A DNA stretch of 36,940 nt, taken from sequence record SRR22947725_4838. One strand, given 5' to 3'. Positions 9,264 to 17,216 of this stretch are shown here, one piece after another. The notes beneath the pieces were generated by a model. That model saw nothing but the letters and a program-made list of their open reading frames with translations, did no database searches and was not told the DNA's origin. The position numbers were made by a program, and so were the translations under genes. The stretch's first letter is position 1, and each line of letters opens with the position of its first letter.

Positions 9264-9395
9264 AATCATAAATCCCTTTTTAAATGCCTTCACCAGCTTC
9301 TGTGCGATATCAATGAGCAGAGGAGGCCAGCCTTCGCTAGAAGTAAACAAGATTTTTTCCTATGACTTTACTGTGTTTTTTTTAAGGTCAATTGT

Positions 9396-10700
9396 ATGAA
9401 AAAACCGTGGTACCGATTGCTTCATTGGCAAATAATCCTGGGCTTGCTGCTGGGTGTGATCTTTGGTGTGATAGCCGCTTCAAAAGGTTGGGGAGATTGG
9501 ACCTCCAATTGGGTTAGCCCCTTCGGAGCTATTTTCATCAATTTGCTCAAGCTAATTGCCGTCCCTCTGGTGCTGACTTCGCTGGTAACAGGTGTTGCTT
9601 CATTGTCCGATGTCAAGAAGCTGAGCCGTATGGGGGGGAAAACAATTGCGCTCTACATAGGAACCACCGCAGTAGCGGTCATCATCGGGCTTGGCCTTGT
9701 CAATTTGTTCAAGCCTGGAAAAAATCTCCCTGAGGAAACACGCACGCAACTACAGTCGTCGTATCAAAACGATGCCTCAACCCGTCAAACTGCTGCGCTG
9801 GATGTCAAAGAGAGAGGCACACTCGATTTCCTGGTAGATATTATCCCAAACAATTTTCTAGCCTCCGCTTCCAACAACAACAACATGCTTCAACTTGTAT
9901 TTGTCTCACTGTTGCTGGGAGTAGGTTTGACAATGACCCCAGACAAACAGAGTCGACCTGTTCTGCAGGTATTCGATGGTTTGATGGAGGCGGTCATTCA
10001 GATTGTCCACTTGATCATGAAATTGGCCCCAATAGGAGTTTTTGGACTCATGGCCAATACCATCGTAACAATGGCACAGGATGATTTAGGGCAAGTATTT
10101 GATCTCCTGGGAGCATTGGGAAGTTATTGCCTTGTAGTAGTCGCTGGACTGGCTTTGCATTGCTTCATTGTATATCCGCTCCTCCTCAGGTTTTTCACCA
10201 AGATACCATACAAACGATTTTTCTCAGGCATCAGCTCTGCTCAGTTACTCGCATTTTCCACAAGCTCCAGTGGAGCAACGCTCCCTGTCACAATGGACCG
10301 GTGCCAGAAACGTCTTGGCGTATCAGAAGAGGTCTCTTCTTTTGTGCTTCCGCTTGGGGCCACCATCAATATGGATGGTACGGCTCTTTACCAGGCGGTG
10401 GCTTCCGTATTCATCGCACAAGCTCTTGGGATGGATCTCAATTTTGCAGCTCAAGCCACGATTGTGATGACCGCAGTCCTCGCCTCCATTGGAACAGCTG
10501 CTGTGCCCGGTGCAGGCATTATCATGCTTGTCATTATTCTTGAAGCCATCCATGTCCCCAGCGAAGGGATTGCACTGATCCTTGGTGTAGATCGAATACT
10601 CGACATGTTGCGCACTGTCACCAATGTCACTGGCGATGCAACCGTGGCAACAGTCATTGCTTCTTCCGAAAACCAACTGGAATTACCCGCAGAGAATTAG
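9396..10700 (+). CDS. Dicarboxylate/amino acid:cation symporter (DAACS, GltP/GltT-like)
   Basis: AFSTSSSGATLP, LPLGATINMDGTALY, ASIGTAAVPGAG and DRILDMLRTVTNVTGD. NMDG suggests Na+ coupling and DxxRTxxN suggests an acidic substrate. Confidence 0.95.
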   Translation: MKKPWYRLLHWQIILGLLLGVIFGVIAASKGWGDWTSNWVSPFGAIFINLLKLIAVPLVLTSLVTGVASLSDVKKLSRMGGKTIALYIGTTAVAVIIGLGLVNLFKPGKNLPEETRTQLQSSYQNDASTRQTAALDVKERGTLDFLVDIIPNNFLASASNNNNMLQLVFVSLLLGVGLTMTPDKQSRPVLQVFDGLMEAVIQIVHLIMKLAPIGVFGLMANTIVTMAQDDLGQVFDLLGALGSYCLVVVAGLALHCFIVYPLLLRFFTKIPYKRFFSGISSAQLLAFSTSSSGATLPVTMDRCQKRLGVSEEVSSFVLPLGATINMDGTALYQAVASVFIAQALGMDLNFAAQATIVMTAVLASIGTAAVPGAGIIMLVIILEAIHVPSEGIALILGVDRILDMLRTVTNVTGDATVATVIASSENQLELPAEN

Positions 10701-11014
10701 GAACTAGGAATGAAGCATCTCGTTCAAGTGCCGGTCGCATTAGGCAGAAACTCATGTCTCACTCAATTTGGACAGCTCTGAAGGGCCCTGCAGGGAGGTA
10801 ACCCTCATACTCTGAAAACCTGCATCCTGCGGAAAAGCAGTAAAAACCCCAACAATCTATGGCAACTCCCAGATGAAGAAGAAGTGAGGCCTCACACCTG
10901 AAACACACCGATATCGTTTAAATACTTATTCGTTTGTCAGGAGTTTGAAGTGTTTCACGTTTATTTTGTAGATTTTGTAACCTGAATCGCTCAAGTTCAG
11001 TCTCAGCATTACCC

Positions 11015-11704
11015 ATGAATACGGATCCCAGATCATTGTTAAACTTTTTTGCCGCTCAAAATGCGGAGATTGATGTCGTATGGTTTATTGTGCATTTCCT
11101 GCTGGCTGCGCTTCTCAGCTATTTGTTGAGCAAGGTTTATGTGCACTTTGGAAATGCACTGTCGAACAGGGAAATGTTCGGGAGAAATTTCATGATCCTG
11201 AGCATGACAACCATGCTGATCATTACCATCGTCAAATCGTCGGTGGCATTGTCTTTGGGACTGGTTGGGGCACTTTCGATCATAAGATTCCGGGCAGCTA
11301 TCAAAGAACCAGAAGAGTTAAGCTACCTCTTTTTCGCCATCGCGATCGGCCTGGGCATGGGTTCCCAGCAAGCATTGATCACCGGAGTTGCTTTTCTCGT
11401 AGTGGTTGCAATCCTTGCATTACGTCATTTCACAAGGCCAGGAGAAACAAAACCCAATCTTTATCTCACCTTATCAGGCAAAAAATCGGAAGAGGACTGC
11501 ATTCCTCAGATCACCAAGGTGCTGGCCAAGGAGGCCAGGGATTTCAGACTCAGGCGTATTGATGAAACCAAGGAGCTTTTTGAAATATCCTTTCAAATTC
11601 AGTTCAAAGACATTGAGCACATTCAGAGTTGCAGAACAGCGCTGGCGAGCATTCACCCCGAGATCAAGATAAGCTTGATCGATGACCGTGGTATCGGAGG
11701 ATAA
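11015..11704 (+). CDS. DUF4956 family membrane protein
   Basis: VKSSVALSLGLVGALSIIRFRAAIKEPEELSYLFFAIAIGLGMG, followed by a soluble C-terminal domain. Confidence 0.9.
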   Translation: MNTDPRSLLNFFAAQNAEIDVVWFIVHFLLAALLSYLLSKVYVHFGNALSNREMFGRNFMILSMTTMLIITIVKSSVALSLGLVGALSIIRFRAAIKEPEELSYLFFAIAIGLGMGSQQALITGVAFLVVVAILALRHFTRPGETKPNLYLTLSGKKSEEDCIPQITKVLAKEARDFRLRRIDETKELFEISFQIQFKDIEHIQSCRTALASIHPEIKISLIDDRGIGG

Positions 11705-12431
11705 TAAAGTGAGCGTGTCCGATGCAGCCACATCAGAAAAGGAAATACATGAACCGAGGCAAGGCTATCGGTTCGAGCGCAAATATCATATTCAGGACTT
11801 GCCGGAAGTTGAAATTGAGATGTGGATCAAACGTTCCCCTGCCCTGTTTTTTGAATGTTTTCCGCCACGATTTATCAACAACATCTATTTCGATACGCCT
11901 GATTTATCCAATTACCATGAAAATCTGAGTGGTCAGGCTGCCCGCACCAAAATAAGGCTCCGATGGTATGGGGAATTTCTGCAGAGCCAACAAAAAACAA
12001 CACTGGAATATAAGATCAAACGCGGCATGGTGGGCACAAAGAACAGTTATAAACTGCCACCACTTAATCTTACCCCCGGTTTTTCCTATCATGATTTGGA
12101 TACCTATTGGGAGAAATGCGACATACCTGAAAATGTCCGTCACGATATAAGACTGGTTGTCCCAACGATGTGCAATCGTTATCATAGAAAATACTACCTC
12201 TCAGCAGACGGCATGTATCGCATCACGATTGACACGGGGTTGAGTTTTATCGCCATCGACCGTTTTGATTGTCAATTCAATCGGATTCGTAACCTGGAGG
12301 AGAGTGTCGTGGTAGAATTAAAATATTCGGGAGACATTTCGACACTCGATGAACGATTGGTGAATTTTTTACCGTTTCGGGTGACACGCATGTCTAAATA
12401 TGTCACAGGAGTCGATTTGCTGAGCACTTAG
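11682..12431 (+). CDS. VTC domain (polyphosphate polymerase-like, CYTH/TTM fold) protein
   Basis: RFERKY (ExK), INNIYFDTPD, RTKIRLRWYG, LEYKIK, YHRKYY, RITIDTGL, VELKY and MSKYVTG. The start may be GTG 11709. Confidence 0.88.
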   Translation: MTVVSEDNKVSVSDAATSEKEIHEPRQGYRFERKYHIQDLPEVEIEMWIKRSPALFFECFPPRFINNIYFDTPDLSNYHENLSGQAARTKIRLRWYGEFLQSQQKTTLEYKIKRGMVGTKNSYKLPPLNLTPGFSYHDLDTYWEKCDIPENVRHDIRLVVPTMCNRYHRKYYLSADGMYRITIDTGLSFIAIDRFDCQFNRIRNLEESVVVELKYSGDISTLDERLVNFLPFRVTRMSKYVTGVDLLST

Positions 12432-12451
12432 CCACAACCACGCAGGAAACA

Positions 12452-13093
12452 ATGAGACCCGAACAGAAGCATGGCATCTTTTCTCCCTGGCAGTTCATCA
12501 CCATCTTGCTGGTGCTGTCAGCAACAGGCCTGATTATGAATCCTGACTTGTTGACCTATTACGCAGGCAAACCAGACTTGCTCATCACGGAGTTCCTCGC
12601 TGAAAACGAAACCCAACTCACCGATGCGGATGGTGATTTTTCTGATTGGATTGAAATTTACAACGCATCAGAAAAAACGCTTTCTCTGGCTGGTTGGCAT
12701 TTAACAGATGATTTTAAAAACTTCAGAAAATGGACTTTCCCCCATGCCCAAATTGAACCAGGTGAATTCTTGCTGGTGTGGGCATCAGGCAAAAACAGAA
12801 CCAATTGGGTAGATGATTTACACACAAATTTCAAGCTGTCGACCGACGGAGAATATCTCGCACTGATCAAGCCCAACGGAAGAATTACAGCACATGAATA
12901 TCTCCCAAAATATCCCAAACAGAAACCAGATGTTTCCTTTGGGTTGAATGAAGAACATTTCCAAGAACATCGATGGCTCAGCAAGGAGCCTCTCAGGGAT
13001 TACTCTTTCTTTGGCTCCCCCACACCGCAATCACATAACAAAGGCGGATCGGTAACTCATAAAGGTTTGAAGCGGAACAATGCTACCGAATAA
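12452..13093 (+). CDS. Membrane-anchored or exported lamin tail domain (LTD) protein
   Basis: One N-terminal hydrophobic helix, then LITEFLAEN, DADGDFSDWIEIYN, LAGWHLTDD, KWTFP, LHTNFKLSTDGEYLAL and SPTP. No kinase domain follows. Confidence 0.85.
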   Translation: MRPEQKHGIFSPWQFITILLVLSATGLIMNPDLLTYYAGKPDLLITEFLAENETQLTDADGDFSDWIEIYNASEKTLSLAGWHLTDDFKNFRKWTFPHAQIEPGEFLLVWASGKNRTNWVDDLHTNFKLSTDGEYLALIKPNGRITAHEYLPKYPKQKPDVSFGLNEEHFQEHRWLSKEPLRDYSFFGSPTPQSHNKGGSVTHKGLKRNNATE

Positions 13094-13111
13094 ACAGGAT
13101 GACTGAGATGG

Positions 13112-13954
13112 TTAATCCGCCACGGGGATTTTGTAAAAGCAAAGCCAGGTGCCTATCCTCGCCCCAAGATCGATGGTTGATCGTGCGTCATTGAGATTAA
13201 ATCGACGCCATTCGGCATGACCATCCTCGAATAAAAAGTTCCCACCTTCGGGAGATCCATCACTACTGCGGTGGGTGGCGGCAGGAACGCTTTTACCATC
13301 GCTTTCAGTGAACCAGTTTACACTGCCACTGTTCTTCGACATATTCCATGAGCCAAGCCCTTGAAGACGGTCGGTCAAAATTGGAGCATTCTTAAAACGT
13401 CCACCAAGTTTTTTGCGAGTCACCCAACCCTCAACTCCACTTACGTCATAATCAGCACTCGAAGCGGTACGTCCGGGAAGATAGAAATAGCCTGTGAGAA
13501 CAGGTTTTAAATGTGCACTAGGATCTGAATTCCTCCACATGTCAGCAACCCGATGCCATTTGTCAGTAGGGCAGAATATGAGGTGAAACTTCCCCTTCTC
13601 CTCTTCTGTCTTTTTGGATTCAATCAAATAATTCTTCCAGAAAGATGCCATGGAAGGCCCCATCCAGCTCAAATGTTGCCCTTGGGAATTATCCGGAAAG
13701 GAATTGTCATGATCAGCTGCATACATCTGGATAGCGATACCCCATTGCCGCTGATTGCTTAAGCACAGGGTTTTGTTGGCTTTAGATTTAGCCTTACTGA
13801 GCGCAGGAAGAAGCATTCCTGCTAAAATTGCAATAATGGCGATAACCACTAAAAGCTCAATCAGCGTGAAACCATGACGTAAAGAATTTGATGCATGGCG
13901 AAATACTTTTTGAGAATTAAAACCAGACACAGCATTAACAGGATAGGTATACAT
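13112..13954 (-). CDS. Prepilin-type N-terminal cleavage/methylation protein with a C-terminal H-X9-DG-type motif (PVC type, DUF1559-like)
   Basis: HG|FTLIELLVVIAIIAILAGMLLPALSKAK, CLSNQRQWG, FCPTD and H...GGNFLFEDGHAEW. Confidence 0.92.
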   Translation of the reverse strand: MYTYPVNAVSGFNSQKVFRHASNSLRHGFTLIELLVVIAIIAILAGMLLPALSKAKSKANKTLCLSNQRQWGIAIQMYAADHDNSFPDNSQGQHLSWMGPSMASFWKNYLIESKKTEEEKGKFHLIFCPTDKWHRVADMWRNSDPSAHLKPVLTGYFYLPGRTASSADYDVSGVEGWVTRKKLGGRFKNAPILTDRLQGLGSWNMSKNSGSVNWFTESDGKSVPAATHRSSDGSPEGGNFLFEDGHAEWRRFNLNDARSTIDLGARIGTWLCFYKIPVAD

Positions 13955-14119
13955 TAGCTTTGATGGATTTGACTATTTTTATGCTTCCCAAAAGAATTGG
14001 TCAATGATCCTTATGCACAAAATCGAATATCACCATCCCTTTTGAGCGTCATTGAACACATGACATTTACCTGAATTAACCGTGCCTCCTCCTCAAGTCT
14101 ATGACAGGATGCATCCAAC

Positions 14120-14959
14120 ATGGCTGAAATTGGGAGACTTAATTCTTTGGAAATTCTACATCACACACCGCAGGGATTTTATCTCGACGGTGCGGAGCAT
14201 GGAGAAATCCTCCTGCCTTCGCGCTACGTGACTGACAGCATGAAGGAGGGCAACATGATCACAGTCTTTATTTATCGCGATTCAGAGGATCGACTCATTG
14301 CTTCCACCGATCGACCCAAGGCGATTGTCGGAGAGTTTGCAGGATTAAAAGTCACAAGTGTTCACCCCAATGTAGGTGCGTTTCTGGACTGGGGTTTGCC
14401 AAAGGATTTATTACTGCCTTATCGAGAACAGACAAAACCCGCCCGAAAAGATCAAATCATTGTCGTCCGTATCATTCTTGATCCAAAATCTGAACGCCTC
14501 GTGGCGAGTGCAAGATTGAACCGCTGGCTGGAAAAACAAGCCCCTCGTTACAGAAGAGGCCAGTCCGTCAGACTGCTGATCTCAGAACGTACTCCCATGG
14601 GTTTGAATGCGCTGATCAATGAATCACACGTAGGCCTTCTTTACCGGGATCCCTCAATCGCCCATCTTGATCCAGGCGATCAGCTGAAAGGGTATATCCA
14701 ACAAATCCGTGATGATGGTAAGATCGACCTCACCCTCAACCCTGACCGTGGAGCAAGAGTAGTCTCCCTTTCATCTCAGATACTGGATCAACTCTCATGC
14801 AACGATGGCTTTCTACCTCTAACCGATAAAAGCAGCCCTGAGCTCATCAGGAGTCATTTTGGGGTCAGTAAAAAAGTATTCAAACAAACCCTTGGAAATC
14901 TGTTCAAGGAACGAAAAATTGCCTTGGAAGACAATGGAATACGCATACTTGATTCTTGA
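14120..14959 (+). CDS. cvfB: CvfB/YitL family S1 RNA-binding protein with C-terminal winged helix
   Basis: EILLP, VFIYRDSEDRLIA, GAFLDWGLPKDLLLP, IRDDGKIDL and DKSSPELIRSHFGVSKKVFKQTLGNL. Confidence 0.88.
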   Translation: MAEIGRLNSLEILHHTPQGFYLDGAEHGEILLPSRYVTDSMKEGNMITVFIYRDSEDRLIASTDRPKAIVGEFAGLKVTSVHPNVGAFLDWGLPKDLLLPYREQTKPARKDQIIVVRIILDPKSERLVASARLNRWLEKQAPRYRRGQSVRLLISERTPMGLNALINESHVGLLYRDPSIAHLDPGDQLKGYIQQIRDDGKIDLTLNPDRGARVVSLSSQILDQLSCNDGFLPLTDKSSPELIRSHFGVSKKVFKQTLGNLFKERKIALEDNGIRILDS

Positions 14960-15675
14960 TACTAGCAGTAAGCAAACATCCGCCTCTTTGATGAAAGCTT
15001 CCATTTTCAAACGTGATTGAAACCATGTTTAAGTAATCACCGTTTTCCATACAGCAGGCGTTGTCTCATGCGTAATCAAGTTGGGAGCAGGACCCCATCA
15101 GGAATTCAATCAATGCAAGGCCGCATTGAAAAGTGGAGCATTGGATGGCAGACACAAGAAAAAGGGTTTTCCTTCGAACGCGTTCCAATGTAAGGGACAG
15201 CCTCCAGGGAGTGGTTTAAACTAAAAACAATCCAATGAGGGTGTGAATGGTAAATAAATACCTGCTCGTGATCGTAAGGAAAAGCTGGTGAAATGACGGA
15301 ATCAAAGCAGGGCTGGGTCTGACTCACCTTAAATAATCTGCAGATAATTCAAGAATGTAATCACCTTCTCTTTAAGACCAAGAAATACTGAAATCCATGC
15401 ACCTGATAATGGCCGAGAAAGTTCAGTATGGTTTAAGTTACAAAACAAACATAATCATTGTCCGAAAAAATTTATATCGATGGACCCTTTCACTTTATTT
15501 AGTTTTTCATGCAGAAGATGAACTCAAGAGCAAGTGGACCCACGAAGCGAAGTTCGACTTTTATGGGGAAAATTGAAAACCATGACACTTCAAAAAGAGG
15601 AAACCTTCTGGTGCGGTATCAGAGGTTGCAACGGTCAAAAATATCTGTCCAAGGATTAAAAAGTTATAACTCACG

Positions 15676-16179
15676 ATGAAAATTGCCATTTTGTCCGATA
15701 TTCATGATCGGTTGACGCAGCTTAAAAAAGCGCTGGAAATAATGAAAGACGCTGATGCTTTACTGTGCTGTGGTGACTTGTGTTCACCGTTTATCATCAA
15801 AGCGCTTGGTGAAGGATTCAGTAAGCCTATCCATGTCGTTTTTGGTAATAATGACGGAGACTTGTTTCGCATCACACAAAACAGTCAAGCGTTCTCACAC
15901 ATCCAATTGCATGGCGAATTGGCTGAACTCGAATTGGATGGAGTGCGATTCGGCATGCAACATTTTGACAACATCGCAAGGCTCCTTGCAGACTCAGGCA
16001 AATTTGATGTCATGTGCTTCGGGCACAACCATCAATTTGAAATTTCCATGAGCAAATCATGCCAACTGATCAATCCCGGTGAAATTTATGGGGGTTTGTC
16101 GGGTCATTCAACCGCGGTGATTTATGACACAAGCAATCGTATCGCGGAGCGTATTGATATCCCAATCAACCCATCATGA
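15676..16179 (+). CDS. Calcineurin-like metallophosphoesterase (YfcE/MJ0936 family)
   Basis: SDIHD, CGD, GNND, H, GHNH and INPG motifs. Confidence 0.9.
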   Translation: MKIAILSDIHDRLTQLKKALEIMKDADALLCCGDLCSPFIIKALGEGFSKPIHVVFGNNDGDLFRITQNSQAFSHIQLHGELAELELDGVRFGMQHFDNIARLLADSGKFDVMCFGHNHQFEISMSKSCQLINPGEIYGGLSGHSTAVIYDTSNRIAERIDIPINPS

Positions 16180-16508
16180 TCCGTAAAGCATTCATCATGT
16201 CCATCAAGCAGGGATGTGAAATAGAATACGAGAAAAGGCATAACCCCATCTGGCCTGAATTGGAAGCTACCCTGTTGGAGCATGGAGTCCACTCCTACAG
16301 CATCTTCTTACACCCTGATAAAAGACACCTCTTTGCGTATGCCGAGATCGAAAACGAGGGTCAATGGAACGCGATTTCGAGTACGGATGTGTGTCAAAAA
16401 TGGTGGCAATGGATGAGTGAGATCATGGAGACCAATCCAGATTTGAGCCCGAAGGCCGTGAATTGTGAAAAGGTCTTTCATATGAGTCATCCGCAGGTGA
16501 AACCCTGA
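16176..16508 (+). CDS. rhaM: L-rhamnose mutarotase
   Basis: MIRKAFIM, EYEKRHNPIWPEL, YSIFL, LFAYAE and VCQKWWQWMSEIMETNPD. ATGA overlap with the upstream gene. Confidence 0.92.
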   Translation: MIRKAFIMSIKQGCEIEYEKRHNPIWPELEATLLEHGVHSYSIFLHPDKRHLFAYAEIENEGQWNAISSTDVCQKWWQWMSEIMETNPDLSPKAVNCEKVFHMSHPQVKP

Positions 16509-16658
16509 AATTCACCCGTTTACAAAAAGTGCGAACGGCCTCAGGGTCCAGTTTGAGAATAGGGAAGGAATTTGCGGGAACATCGCCCTTGATTCAGCAA
16601 TTCTCCATTGCCTTGGGCAGGGTAAAAGTGTATGGTTCTTTTAGTAAGTCTGGCGCAT

Positions 16659-17216
16659 ATGATAAAAAAGCCCCAACCCTCAACCAGCCCGGATCGCAGA
16701 GGTTTCATGCGTGGAGTGCTCACCATGATCGCAGGGGGTTTTGCACTTCTTGGTCCACTTTTGGGTGGTTTGGCGCTTCTTCTGGATCCCCTGAGACGCA
16801 ACAGAAACGAAACCTCAGGCGCATTCATCATGGTCGCTCGATTAGCTTCCTTGCCGGCAAACGGAATACCTATGAAGTTCGATATTCTTTCCAACAGGAA
16901 AGACGCATGGAATCATTATTCAAATGTTCCAGTGGGTTCCATTTATCTCAGGCGCACCAAAAACGAGCACTTGGCCGCTTTCAACATTATTTGCCCTCAT
17001 GCGGGTTGCTTTGTTCAGATCGATTCACAGAAACCCCAGTTTAACTGCCCATGCCACGAGAGTCAGTTTCATTTTGACGGTACGAAAGCAAACCCGAATA
17101 ACCCCAGCCCGCGAGGCATGGATCCATTGCAGGTAGAAATCCGCAATGGCGATGAAATCTGGGTTCAATACCAAAGCTTTAAAACCGGGATTTCAGAAAG
17201 AATTCCAACCAGCTAA
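16659..17216 (+). CDS. Rieske [2Fe-2S] subunit of a cytochrome bc complex (QcrA/PetC-like)
   Basis: Twin-arginine DRRGF plus a TM anchor. CPHAGC and CPCHESQF cluster motifs, and SPRGMD. TAATG overlap with the cytochrome b gene. Alternative start at 16632. Confidence 0.93.
   Translation: MIKKPQPSTSPDRRGFMRGVLTMIAGGFALLGPLLGGLALLLDPLRRNRNETSGAFIMVARLASLPANGIPMKFDILSNRKDAWNHYSNVPVGSIYLRRTKNEHLAAFNIICPHAGCFVQIDSQKPQFNCPCHESQFHFDGTKANPNNPSPRGMDPLQVEIRNGDEIWVQYQSFKTGISERIPTS

Noticed and set aside
9873..9884. (AAC)4 microsatellite in the symporter gene
   Set aside because: It simply encodes NNNN in frame, with no sign of phase variation.
13112..13954. Type IV pilus or type II secretion locus
   Set aside because: A solitary prepilin-type H-X9-DG gene, a family that is highly expanded and scattered in PVC genomes. 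No assembly genes are adjacent.
16529..17044. 171-aa alternative-frame ORF overlapping the Rieske gene
   Set aside because: The Rieske frame has all cluster ligands and a Tat motif, while this frame has no recognisable features.
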